Assembly: GCA_963665295.1 (NCBI GenBank)
Contig: OY762209.1
Location: forward strand, 1,664,001-1,728,000
DNA: 64,000 nt
Reading direction: 5' to 3'
From: Syntrophorhabdaceae bacterium
GTDB lineage: Bacteria; Desulfobacterota; Syntrophorhabdia; Syntrophorhabdales; Syntrophorhabdaceae
Below are positions 9,898 to 19,108 of this stretch, in pieces. Position 1 is the first letter of the stretch. Each line of letters opens with the position of its first letter. Under the pieces are notes generated by a model that saw only the letters and a program-made list of their open reading frames with translations, did no database searches and was not told where the DNA came from. The position numbers and the translations under genes were made by a program.

Positions 9898-11442
9898 TTA
9901 TCCGTCCGCATTCGTGTCCAAAGCGCGACGAATGGCCCGGGCTAATTCCTGCCTGACGAGGGGTTTCATGACAAATTGGCTGATGCCTGCAAGCTTTGCC
10001 GTCTCCCGGGAAACCGTTTCACTGTGGCCGGTGCAAAGGATAATGGGGATGTCGTTTCTTATCTTAAGGATCTCTTTGGAGAGTTGCAGACCGGTCATTC
10101 CCGACATGGTCTGGTCGGTAATAACAAGATCGAATCGGGAAGGACCGGCGGAAAAGATATTCACCGCTTCTTTACTGTCCGTCACGGCAGTCACTGTATA
10201 GCCGAGCCTCTCAAGCACCGCCTCGCCCCACTCGACAAGCATCTGTTCATCATCTACGAAGAGGATCCTCTCCCTGCCTCCGCACGTTTGAACCCCGGAT
10301 ACGCGTTCTTCTTCGATCCCGGTCTTTATTTTGGGGAGAAGGACCCGGAAAGTGGAGCCGACGCCGGGCTCGCTTTCCACGGTAATGGTACCCTGGAGGT
10401 CCTTCACAATCCCATAAACGACTGCGAGGCCCATTCCCGTACCCTTGCCGACTTCCCGCGTGGTAAAGAAAGGCTCGAAGACCCGTTTCATCACATGGGG
10501 GCTCATGCCGACACCGGTATCCTTCACTGTGAGGTGGAGATACTCTCCCGGCAGCACCTCAACCCCTACTATGGGCGAGTCGGGCATGAAGTCTATATCG
10601 GCGAGGCCTATATCCAGGATTCCTCCCTTATCTTGCATGGCAAGGGAGGCGTTCGCGGCGAGATTCATGAGTATCTGCTGTATTTCCACCGCAGAGGCAA
10701 AGACCATGCCGGAGCTCGCCGTATTCGTAAACCTGATCTCAACCGTGGCAGGGATGGAAGCCCTCAGAAGCTGGATGGTCTCGTTCATGAGAGGGGTGAG
10801 GGAGAGAGGGGCCCTCTTGTAATTAGTCTTCCTGCTGAACGTGAGAATCTGTTTCACAAGTTCTCTTGCCCTCATTGCCGACTTGAGGACTTTCTGGAGG
10901 CTAATCACTATCTCCGGGCGGTCCGAAGCGTCTTCCACAGCCATCTCGGTGAAGCCGAGGATAGCAGCGAGGATATTGTTGAAGTCATGGGCGATGCCTC
11001 CGGCAAGGGTACCCATGGCCTCCATCTTCTGGGCCTGGCGGAGCTTTTCCTCGGTAATCCTTTGGGTGATTGCGTACCGGATGGAGCGTTCGAGAAGGGG
11101 ACCGTTAATCTGTCCCTTCACGAGGTAGTCCGACGCCCCCAGGCGCATGGCTTCCATGTCCGTTTCGTAATCTCCCTGTCCGGTTATGAAGATGACGGGA
11201 GATGCAAGACCCCTCTTCCTTATTTCTCCAAGGAGTTCCAGCCCGGTTCGCTCGCCCAGGTAATAGTCGAGGAGGTAGACGTCGTAACGGGTCTTTTCCA
11301 TGGCCTCCAGGGCCTTCTCGTAGCTCGAAGCCCACTCCAGCTCATATCTCGTGGAAGTCATCTTTGAGAGCATGCCTCTGACGAGTACATAATCATCCTC
11401 ATCGTCTTCGATGAGCAGGACCCATATCCTGGTCTTGTCCAT
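9898..11442 (-). CDS. Hybrid REC-histidine kinase-REC protein
   Basis: N-terminal receiver (LIEDDEDD, LLDY), H-box [12 protein letters not shown] boxes (NLAANA, DTGVGM, FFTT, GTGMGL), C-terminal receiver. Confidence 0.9.
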   Translation of the reverse strand: MDKTRIWVLLIEDDEDDYVLVRGMLSKMTSTRYELEWASSYEKALEAMEKTRYDVYLLDYYLGERTGLELLGEIRKRGLASPVIFITGQGDYETDMEAMRLGASDYLVKGQINGPLLERSIRYAITQRITEEKLRQAQKMEAMGTLAGGIAHDFNNILAAILGFTEMAVEDASDRPEIVISLQKVLKSAMRARELVKQILTFSRKTNYKRAPLSLTPLMNETIQLLRASIPATVEIRFTNTASSGMVFASAVEIQQILMNLAANASLAMQDKGGILDIGLADIDFMPDSPIVGVEVLPGEYLHLTVKDTGVGMSPHVMKRVFEPFFTTREVGKGTGMGLAVVYGIVKDLQGTITVESEPGVGSTFRVLLPKIKTGIEEERVSGVQTCGGRERILFVDDEQMLVEWGEAVLERLGYTVTAVTDSKEAVNIFSAGPSRFDLVITDQTMSGMTGLQLSKEILKIRNDIPIILCTGHSETVSRETAKLAGISQFVMKPLVRQELARAIRRALDTNADG

Positions 11443-11443
11443 G

Positions 11444-11926
11444 TCATACCCCTTTTGGAAAATCCACATTTCTTGCGTCAAGTGGAAGTTCCACGATTTC
11501 AAACCAGTATTTGCCCAGGGATTTCACCACTTCCACGAGGCCATCGAAGGTCACGGGTTTTGTGATATATGAATTGGCGCCCAGGTTATAACTTTTGAGC
11601 ACGTCTTCCTCGTTTTTGGACGTGGTTAACACTACAACGGGGATTTCACGGAGGGAAGGATCTTCCTTGATTTCTTTGAGTGCTTCGCGCCCGTCCTTCC
11701 TTGGCATGTTGAGGTCAAGAAGGATGAGCCCCGGACGCGGCGCCTGGTCGGGATCATCATATCTTCCCCGCCGATAAAGATAGTCCATGAGGTCCTCACC
11801 ATCGTTGACAAACCTGAGGTCGTTGCGCAGCCGCCCGGCCTTGAATGCCTTGGATACGAGCAGACAGTCGTCCGGGTCGTCGTCGGCCATGAGGATGGTG
11901 ATCGTTCTGCAAGCACTATCGTTCAT
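11444..11926 (-). CDS. Single-domain response regulator (Rcp1-like)
   Basis: MADDDPDD, LLDLNMP, VVLTTS, GANSYITKP. AGGAGG RBS before ATG 11926. Confidence 0.9.
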   Translation of the reverse strand: MNDSACRTITILMADDDPDDCLLVSKAFKAGRLRNDLRFVNDGEDLMDYLYRRGRYDDPDQAPRPGLILLDLNMPRKDGREALKEIKEDPSLREIPVVVLTTSKNEEDVLKSYNLGANSYITKPVTFDGLVEVVKSLGKYWFEIVELPLDARNVDFPKGV

Positions 11927-13812
11927 TCGGTTCCTCCTCTTGGTTGTTTCACGGGGAGGCTCACGATAAATGTCGTGCCCTTTCCCGGAGTGCTCTTCGC
12001 GGTGATGTCTCCGCCATGGCGGTCCACGATCTTCCGGCATATGGCAAGACCGATGCCCGTTCCCTCATGGACTCCGCGCCCGTGGAGCCGCTGGAAGAGC
12101 GTAAAGATGCGGTCGAGATATTTTTCGTCAAAGCCTATGCCGTTATCTTCCACGAATATTTTGAACTCACGGGCCTTTGACTGTCCCTCTATTTCGTCGG
12201 GGCCTGCCGGCAGCCCATAGACTTTGACCACCGGCCTTTCCTCTCCATGAAACTTGAGGGCATTCCCGATGAGGTTCTGAAAGAGCTGGACCATCTGGAC
12301 CGGATCGGCCTCAATCATAGGGAGGCCATCGATTTCGACCCGTCCGCCCGTGTCTCTTATGCTTGCCTCCAGGTTGCCTGTCGCTTCGTTGGCCGCGGCC
12401 GTAAGGTCGATATGGGAGAAGGGCCTTGCTTTCGTCGTCACCCGGGAGTAGTTGAGGAGGGCCTCGATGAGGGCCTGCATCCGGGTAGCCGCACCCTGCA
12501 TCCGGTCCAGGTAATCGGCCCCTTCGGCATCGAGGGCTGCGGCGCAGTCGGTTCTCAACTGGTCTCCAAAGGCCCGTATCTTTCTGAGAGGCTCCTGGAG
12601 GTCGTGGGATGCGACAAAAGCAAAATCCTGAAGCTCCCGGTTGCTCGCTTCAAGCTGGGCCGCATGCCTTCTTGTCTCGTCTTCAGCACGTTTTCGCTCG
12701 GTAATGTCTATGTTGATCTCCAGGACGTCCATGGGCCTGCCCGCCTCGCCCAGCCTGACCGCATGCCTGCTGAGAACGGTAAGGTTCGACCCATCCTTCC
12801 TCGTATGGACGAGTTCCCCGTCCCACCGGCCTTCGCGGGTCAGCGCCGCCATGTACTCGTCAATTGATAAGGGCCACCGTGTTTTAAGAAGGATGTGAAT
12901 CACGTTGCCCACGGCTTCCGCCTTGGTCCAGCCATAGGTTTCTTCCGCTCCGCGGCTCCAGAAGACAATCCTGCCATCGAGGTCTTTCACGATGATGGCC
13001 TCGTGGGATAGTTCAATCAAATCGGCCTGGCGTCGTACCGCTTCCTCGGACCGGGCGCGCGCAACCGCCTCCTGCCGCAATGTTGCGTAGGACGTCTTCA
13101 GCTCCTCTGCCATATGGTTGAGCGCCCGGGACAGCCGGCCCAGTTCATCGTCGGTCACGACAGGGACTACATAGTCAAGGTTACCCCCTCCGATGGCCCG
13201 GGTCCCTTCTTCCAGTTTCCCGAGAGCGACGGAAGTGCGCCTCATTATGGAAAGGGAGACAAGAAGGACGAGGACGGAAAAGAAACCTGCAAAACCGAGA
13301 GTGAAGAGGTTGGCTCTCTTTTGAGCGGTTGAGACCTCTTTCTCGGCCTCCTTTTCGAGCCGCTCGGCGTCGGACGCCATCTCGCGCACCCGCTCCAATA
13401 CCTGGGCGGTGAGGCGGTTTTCGAGTTCCGCCTTGTCTATGGTCTTTGTCGGCTCTTTCATCCATGAGTCCGAAAGTCGGGCAAGAAGCAGAGTGATACC
13501 CTGCTGATCCTGACGTAACCTGCTCAGGATGACTTCTTCTTCCGGTTTTTCCGATTTCGTCTGGGAAATAAGTCTGGTCAGGGACGTTTCAATCTGATTG
13601 AGTTGCATTTCCGGCCGTTCTTCGTGACGGAGCAGGAGATAATGGACGACAAGGCTGAGGTCCGATACGTTCCGTCGTATCCGGGCGGCCGCTTCACCTT
13701 TTAGCCGGACATGATTTACCTCGCGGCCCGTGTACGCATACATGGACGCAATGATAAGGAAGAGGCCGAGGGGGAGGACGGCACTGATCGTAAGCCTTGT
13801 CCTTATCTTCAA
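11923..13812 (-). CDS. Membrane sensor histidine kinase (TM-periplasmic-TM-HAMP-PAS-HisKA-HATPase)
   Basis: Two TM segments, HAMP (DELGRLSRALNHMA), PAS (WSRGAEETYGW...DITERK), H-box ASHDLQEPLR, NLIGNALKF, DNGIG, GTGIGL. TTG start. Confidence 0.9.
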   Translation of the reverse strand: MKIRTRLTISAVLPLGLFLIIASMYAYTGREVNHVRLKGEAAARIRRNVSDLSLVVHYLLLRHEERPEMQLNQIETSLTRLISQTKSEKPEEEVILSRLRQDQQGITLLLARLSDSWMKEPTKTIDKAELENRLTAQVLERVREMASDAERLEKEAEKEVSTAQKRANLFTLGFAGFFSVLVLLVSLSIMRRTSVALGKLEEGTRAIGGGNLDYVVPVVTDDELGRLSRALNHMAEELKTSYATLRQEAVARARSEEAVRRQADLIELSHEAIIVKDLDGRIVFWSRGAEETYGWTKAEAVGNVIHILLKTRWPLSIDEYMAALTREGRWDGELVHTRKDGSNLTVLSRHAVRLGEAGRPMDVLEINIDITERKRAEDETRRHAAQLEASNRELQDFAFVASHDLQEPLRKIRAFGDQLRTDCAAALDAEGADYLDRMQGAATRMQALIEALLNYSRVTTKARPFSHIDLTAAANEATGNLEASIRDTGGRVEIDGLPMIEADPVQMVQLFQNLIGNALKFHGEERPVVKVYGLPAGPDEIEGQSKAREFKIFVEDNGIGFDEKYLDRIFTLFQRLHGRGVHEGTGIGLAICRKIVDRHGGDITAKSTPGKGTTFIVSLPVKQPRGGTE

Positions 13813-14894
13813 AGCCTTGCACCGATTATGGTCAGAGTGTCGGGGCGGACCGATCTGAGTCCGTCCACATAAATGCTTTCCATAAAGTTGGGTACCATGG
13901 TATCCGGCACGGGTTTGTTCCCTTTGGCCCAGTTGGCCTGGTTTTCGAGGTTGATGAGAAGCGACTGATCAAGGGCCACCAGGAAATAGTAGCTCTTCCA
14001 TACGGCCTGAAGATCGGTCTTATCCATCCCCAGACGTGTTGCAGCAATCAGGATTGCCTTTTCAGGTTCCCTGCCGATGAAGGCTTCCGCTTTTACGAGG
14101 GCCCGCAGCATCTTTCTCACAGTCTCCGGCCTGTTTGCGACAAAATGAGGCGAGCCGACGAGGTTCCACGTCATCCGATAAAGCCCGGTGGCGTAGTAAA
14201 CCTCCACGACGGCACCCATGGCTTTCCTGATGTCCGCTATGTGCGGCTCCCAGGTTGAAACCGCATCGACACGGCCGCTCTGCAGCGCCTCTTTCATGCG
14301 CTCAGGATTCAGAGGAACAATCTTCGTGCTGCTCTTCGGTACGCCGTGAAAGAGGAGAAATATGGCGAGAAGGTAATCCCCGGTTGTGTGGGGCGTAACG
14401 CCTATCCTCTTTCCCTCGAGGTCCGGGGGGCTCGATATTCCTTTATCCTTTCTCGCCGCTATTGCGGTGATGGCCTCGGAAGTGGCAACGGTTGCCACGA
14501 TAGAGAGCTTGCGGCCCGTCACTATGGCCCGCATGATCGGGGTCTCGGCGCAGGTTGCCATATCGTGTTCTCCGTTCAACATGGAGTCGAGGGCTTCTTT
14601 GCCGGAGTTAAAATCGTGAAAGGTTACATCCAGGCCCTCGTCCTTGAAATAGCCTCGCTCCAGGGCGACCCAGAGAGGGGCCGATACGGGGATGTTGTTT
14701 ACGGCGATGGTCAGTTTTTCGAGTGGCGCTGTTCTTCGCGCAAAGAGTCCCCCCTCGCCGCGCCAGGAATAGACGATGATCGATAGTCCGAGAGGGATTG
14801 AGATGACTATGGCCCACAGCAGCCGTTTCCTTCTCTGTCTGCCCCGGTCCGGGGAGCCTGTAGTTTCGCCTTGAGGTTCGGTCAATTTACCCAT
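13809..14894 (-). CDS. SsuA/NMT1(THI5)-like substrate-binding protein, membrane-anchored
   Basis: N-terminal TM helix, VALERGYFKDEGLDV, DLEGKRIG, GRVDAVSTWEP. Confidence 0.8.
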   Translation of the reverse strand: MGKLTEPQGETTGSPDRGRQRRKRLLWAIVISIPLGLSIIVYSWRGEGGLFARRTAPLEKLTIAVNNIPVSAPLWVALERGYFKDEGLDVTFHDFNSGKEALDSMLNGEHDMATCAETPIMRAIVTGRKLSIVATVATSEAITAIAARKDKGISSPPDLEGKRIGVTPHTTGDYLLAIFLLFHGVPKSSTKIVPLNPERMKEALQSGRVDAVSTWEPHIADIRKAMGAVVEVYYATGLYRMTWNLVGSPHFVANRPETVRKMLRALVKAEAFIGREPEKAILIAATRLGMDKTDLQAVWKSYYFLVALDQSLLINLENQANWAKGNKPVPDTMVPNFMESIYVDGLRSVRPDTLTIIGARL

Positions 14895-15891
14895 GGATGA
14901 TTCCCACCGCCTGAGGCTTCACCTTCCCCAGTAGATGCCAATCGATGTATTCCAGATAATTCGGCATGCCTTTTCCTTCCGATCCCTTTCGCTTCATAAG
15001 CCACCTGGCCTCTTCCTCCATCAGGTGGAACAGACTCTGATCGAGCCGCACCTCATATATCTGCTGCGACCATATGAGGGAGGCATATTGATCGTCGAGG
15101 TTCAGCCTTCTTTTTACGATGGCCTGTGCCTCCGCACGATTGTCTGCAACAAACTTTTGAGCCTCCAGCAGCGAGGAGAGGAGTCGTTCCAGGGTAATTC
15201 CGGAAGATTGGAGAAACTCTTTACCGGTGAGAAGGAGGAAGAAATAGTTCTGTCGCTCCTGAAACGGCCATGAGATTGCATTGGATTCCAGGCGCTGACG
15301 GGCGTAAAACGTGTAGGGGCTGAAGGCGATAATAGCATCGACCGAACCGGCAGCCAGGGCTTCGACGGCCTCCACGGGCGTGAAATCCGCTATGGTGACG
15401 GATGAGACCGGAATACCGTAAAATGTGAGAAAAGAATCAAGGAAGAACTCAAGTGCCGTTCCGCGCACGGTGCCCATTCTCTTGCCTTTAAGGTCGGCGA
15501 CCGACTCGATCCCGCGGTCTTTCCGGGCAATGATCTCGCAGTCCTCAACCCTTGCGATCGATGCAATGGCTCTTAAGTCCGCACCGGCCATGTTTTTGTT
15601 TACCAGCAAGAACTCCGCCGCAGTCGCGACTTCCACTTCACCTGCGACGAGTCCCGCCGCCGCCAGCGCTCCTGCCTGATAGTCCTTGATAGACACGTCC
15701 AGCCCGTGCTTTGCAAAGAACCCTTTTTCCTGGGCTACGAAGGCGAGAAGGCTCATGGGCGTTTTTGCGACGCCAAATCTAAGCTTCAAAGGTGCGAGAC
15801 GGCCATGATGAAAGCGCGTTATCGCAACGGCGAGGACGACCAGACAGACAAGACCGGCCACCATAATAAGGATAAGCTGTTTTCGCTTCAT
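14887..15891 (-). CDS. SsuA/NMT1(THI5)-like substrate-binding protein, membrane-anchored
   Basis: N-terminal TM helix, VAQEKGFFAKHGLDV, DLKGKRMG, GSVDA. Paralog of the downstream gene. Start uncertain (15891 or 15918). Confidence 0.8.
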   Translation of the reverse strand: MKRKQLILIMVAGLVCLVVLAVAITRFHHGRLAPLKLRFGVAKTPMSLLAFVAQEKGFFAKHGLDVSIKDYQAGALAAAGLVAGEVEVATAAEFLLVNKNMAGADLRAIASIARVEDCEIIARKDRGIESVADLKGKRMGTVRGTALEFFLDSFLTFYGIPVSSVTIADFTPVEAVEALAAGSVDAIIAFSPYTFYARQRLESNAISWPFQERQNYFFLLLTGKEFLQSSGITLERLLSSLLEAQKFVADNRAEAQAIVKRRLNLDDQYASLIWSQQIYEVRLDQSLFHLMEEEARWLMKRKGSEGKGMPNYLEYIDWHLLGKVKPQAVGIIHG

Positions 15892-16188
15892 CAATTTCTC
15901 CAGAATTATTATATCCAATCAATAAGACAATGTAAATCGTGGCACACCGGCGGGCCGGGCCTCAACGGACAATGATCGACCATGATTGATTCCTAATCCG
16001 TATCAGGCCGACTCCCCGTTCGCCTATACATTGTCCTTTAAATCAAATCCCCTTTCAAGGGGAGAACAGGAACCGGGTAAGGGCGGAAACGGCCCATTTC
16101 CCAAAGAATAATACAGGCGATTGCTTTCATAAACGATTCAGGGGGAATTGGTTTGTCGCTATTTGTTGTTTTTACCGGGACACAGTCC

Positions 16189-16464
16189 CTAGCTTCGGTA
16201 ATCTTCGAGGCGTCGGTCCATTTCCCGGCGGTAGAGGGCTTCGAATTCGGGCGATTCATATTTGAGGCCCCGATTTGCCCGGAGGATTTCGGAAGCAACC
16301 TTATCCCTGTAATTGGCTTGGCCGGCCCGGTCGCCGGGATACATTTCCTCGGCGACATCATGAAGCCTTCTCCTGCTCTTAACCGCCCGCGCGATGGGAA
16401 TGGCCGCATACACGAGGAGGGTAAGGGCGGCGACTGTCGATAAGCTCCATATGAATATTTCCAT
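16189..16464 (-). CDS. Small hypothetical protein with an N-terminal TM helix
   Basis: GAGGAG RBS. Hydrophobic first 25 aa followed by a charged helical tail. Confidence 0.55.
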   Translation of the reverse strand: MEIFIWSLSTVAALTLLVYAAIPIARAVKSRRRLHDVAEEMYPGDRAGQANYRDKVASEILRANRGLKYESPEFEALYRREMDRRLEDYRS

Positions 16465-16743
16465 TTTGTCTCCTCAAAGACCAGCCGGGCAGTCTTCCGG
16501 GCGCCATCAACCTTGAATCGGAATACCTGAACCGTCTTTCGCCGCGCGGACTCTTCCTGCTTGATCCTTGTCATATATTACATCATATCGTCGTGTTATT
16601 AAAGACAAATCGGGCGAAGGGGCCGGAGACGGCGTTGCGGGAAGGTTTCCCCGCCGGCCCCTTCGGGAGTAGGAGGAGTTGTTTTTACTTGTAAATTAGT
16701 GCATATTTCAGTAAATAGAGAGAAAGAAACCAGGAGGGACCAG

Positions 16744-16845
16744 ATGGCGAAAACTCAGGAGATCAAGAAAGAGGCAAAGAAGAAACCACTGAAGACCCTG
16801 AAAGAAAAACGCCTTGAGAAGAAGGCAAAAAAAGAGGATAAATAG
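16744..16845 (+). CDS. 33-aa lysine-rich small protein (MAKTQEIKKEAKKKPLKTLKEKRLEKKAKKEDK)
   Basis: Read from the DNA (below the ORF-track cutoff). AGGAGG RBS upstream, AT-rich upstream region, hairpin downstream. Confidence 0.7.
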   Translation: MAKTQEIKKEAKKKPLKTLKEKRLEKKAKKEDK

Positions 16846-17164
16846 ACCTTTCGGGAATGACTCGATCACCTTCCGGACGGTTTTCACCGGCCGGGGAGAT
16901 CATTACAGAAAGTGCCTTTTGGGAACGTAGCCTTCGCTTCCGCCGTGTCTCCAAAGGGGATTCCTCCTTTTGTTCGCACTTATGCCGGTTGTCCTCCCAC
17001 CCTTTTCTATTTCAACGTATTTCAACCGAATAATCCGAGGACGCTCCGGTTGCCCCGTGAGGGCCCCACGTAGCGCCCGGGCCTATTTGCACGGCCTCTC
17101 TCCCGGGGTCGTACCCGGAAGAACAGGGCGAGTCCTTTTACGCAGCGGTTCATCCGGGCATTGA

Positions 17165-18172
17165 TCACAGATCCTTCCTGCGCTCCTTTGCCCCCTTCAT
17201 CCTCTCTATGGCTTTCTCCACGTATTCGCAGGGGAAGCCTTTGTCCCGCCGGAGGAAATCAAGGAGGCCGGCTTCGTCCATCGCGCCGTATTCAATGCGG
17301 TACCTGTCCGTGACAGGAGGGTGGAGGAAGAATTCGCGTACTTCCCTGTAATTTTCACTCACCCGGGGCTTTATGTGCGGGGGGAGCCGCTCGATATTTC
17401 CGTAACTCTTTATGAGGCTCACCGCGGATTTCGGGCCCATGCCCCTGATGCCGTGGTTAAAATCGTTGCCTATGAGAATGGCCGCGTCAATAAGCTGGGC
17501 AGGGGTGATGCGGTGAGTCGCGAGCATCGCGGAGAGGTCTATGACGAGGGCGGTAGGAGGACTTATTGGCCCATCATGGGACGAGACGTCCCTGGGTGAA
17601 CGGTAAACCAGCCTCACCATCCTCGGGCTGCCGAAAAGAAGAGTATCATAGTCTTTGCTCGCCACTGCCCAGGCATCTCCATTCTTTGCCATGAAGGCCG
17701 CCTGGGCCTCGCCTTCGCTCGGGGCCCGCACCCGGGGAATGCCGAGAAGATCCAGAAGACGTTCGGCGTCAGCCACCATGGACTGGGTGACACGGGCCGC
17801 CCTCAAGGCCTTGGAGAAGGCCACCTCCATGAGCCCCGCTTTCCTTGCCTCCTCATATTCCATGGCAAACCGTTCCTTGACGGCCCTGCGCCTTTCCAGT
17901 TCTTCCCTTTTGAGGGCAGGAGGTTCGCCGTCGAAAACGAAGACGAGCCTTATCCCGAAATCGGTGATAAGACGGGTGGACGCATCCACCAAGCCGCGCA
18001 GATGGGAAGTGACATTGCCTTCCGGGTCCGTCAAAAGGGATCCGTCGGGCTTGCGAAACATGGCCATCAGGTCATAGAGCATACCGTTGCCGTCAACGGC
18101 GAGGGTCTTTCCCTCCAGGTCGGCGAGGCGCACCGGCACCTTATTGACCAGTGGCGTGAGGAATAATCCCAT
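17165..18172 (-). CDS. fen: Flap endonuclease 1 of the archaeal/eukaryotic (XPG/FEN-1) type
   Basis: MGLFL..., LAVDG, R.PDG..L.D..G.VTSHL.GL, VFVFDGEPP.LK, APSEGEAQAA, SKDYDTLLFG, H3TH motif LIGNDFN.GIRGMGPKSA. Start at ATG 18172. Confidence 0.9.
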   Translation of the reverse strand: MGLFLTPLVNKVPVRLADLEGKTLAVDGNGMLYDLMAMFRKPDGSLLTDPEGNVTSHLRGLVDASTRLITDFGIRLVFVFDGEPPALKREELERRRAVKERFAMEYEEARKAGLMEVAFSKALRAARVTQSMVADAERLLDLLGIPRVRAPSEGEAQAAFMAKNGDAWAVASKDYDTLLFGSPRMVRLVYRSPRDVSSHDGPISPPTALVIDLSAMLATHRITPAQLIDAAILIGNDFNHGIRGMGPKSAVSLIKSYGNIERLPPHIKPRVSENYREVREFFLHPPVTDRYRIEYGAMDEAGLLDFLRRDKGFPCEYVEKAIERMKGAKERRKDL

Positions 18173-18316
18173 ATCCTTATCTCCTTCTCCTCCAAGCATA
18201 GTGACGGTGCGGCCTGTTGTCGAGAGAAGGTTCCCAGGCACGCCTGCCGCGTCTTTTTAAGGATAGGCGTAAGAACGAGTGCAGTCAAGGAAGTTTGCGG
18301 TTTTCCGGTCCGGCAC

Positions 18317-18357
18317 GAAAAAGGGCGGCCCTCGAACCCGGGAGGCCGCCCTTTTTC
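18317..18357. terminator. Bidirectional rho-independent terminator
   Basis: GAAAAAGGGCGGCC...GGCCGCCCTTTTTC: GC-rich stem with A/T tracts on both sides, downstream of the Cache gene. Confidence 0.8.
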
Positions 18358-18390
18358 TTCAATCCCGATCAGGGATTGATGGTTGGGTGA

Positions 18391-18849
18391 TTATTGGTAT
18401 ACGCCGCTAAGGACATAGAGGTCCGTCCCTTCAACCCGCTGAACCCAGGATTTCTTTGTCTGCACCTTGTTCGTCGCGGGGTTTGTCCAGTTGTAGCTCG
18501 CCCATCCGCTCCCTTTGGTCTTGGCCAGTTCGATCATCTCCCTTATGAAGAACTTGCCGTTTGCGTCTCTCACGTCATAGAAGCTCTTTCCCGCGAGTTT
18601 CGGCTGCATCGGGTTCGCGAGGTTTATCCCGTTGAAGTCCTGTATGACGACATAAAGATCGCCTTTTACAAACTGACCCTTGGGGTTGCCTATTTCCGCA
18701 ATTCCCTTTTCTTTCCCATGGGACTTCACGTATGCCGCGGCCTTTTCCGAAAGGACCTTGGCGTCATCGAGGGGCGCCGCCTGACCGATAAGAACCGTGC
18801 CGAAAACCAGCATTGCCGCGAATACAATACTCCTTACTACTGCTTTCAT
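18391..18849 (-). CDS. Secreted single Cache-domain protein (sCache_2-like)
   Basis: Signal peptide, GQFVKGDLYV, LANP..PKL.GK, DANGKFFIREM, GW..Y.W.NP...K..W. Confidence 0.85.
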   Translation of the reverse strand: MKAVVRSIVFAAMLVFGTVLIGQAAPLDDAKVLSEKAAAYVKSHGKEKGIAEIGNPKGQFVKGDLYVVIQDFNGINLANPMQPKLAGKSFYDVRDANGKFFIREMIELAKTKGSGWASYNWTNPATNKVQTKKSWVQRVEGTDLYVLSGVYQ

Positions 18850-18902
18850 GAGAACCCTCCTTCTGTGGTAACGAATGTGTAACCTTTAACAGGTCCGGAA
18901 TT

Positions 18903-18929
18903 TTATCGGCGAAAACCATCCGTACTTAA
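18903..18929 (-). promoter_or_regulatory. Sigma28 (FliA)-type promoter for the Cache gene
   Basis: Minus strand TTAAGTAC-N11-GCCGATAA versus consensus TAAAGTTT-N11-GCCGATAA. Confidence 0.65.
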
Positions 18930-19108
18930 GTCGCATCGCGATGGGATCGAGGTGAAGATACGGCTTGCATATTATGTTCCGTCGGATTAGAATCACTCAC
19001 ATATCGTTTTGAAAGGCGTCATTTTGCCGGGAGGATGGGCCGAGTGACGGACTCAGGGGAGGCAGCACGCGATAGATTGCCCGGTTCAAGCGGGAATGGA
19101 GGCGCCAC

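Noticed and set aside
4144..11367. Long opposite-strand ORFs (4144-5760, 9976-11367)
   Set aside because: They fully overlap well-supported liv and kinase genes and have no recognisable domains.
15926..16035. GACAATGTA...TACATTGTC inverted pair upstream of the SBP genes
   Set aside because: Only 9 bp and about 90 bp apart, with no target duplication or further structure. Could be chance.
16038..16574. 178-aa minus-strand ORF
   Set aside because: It overlaps the 91-aa ORF, which has the better RBS and a TM segment. No motifs.
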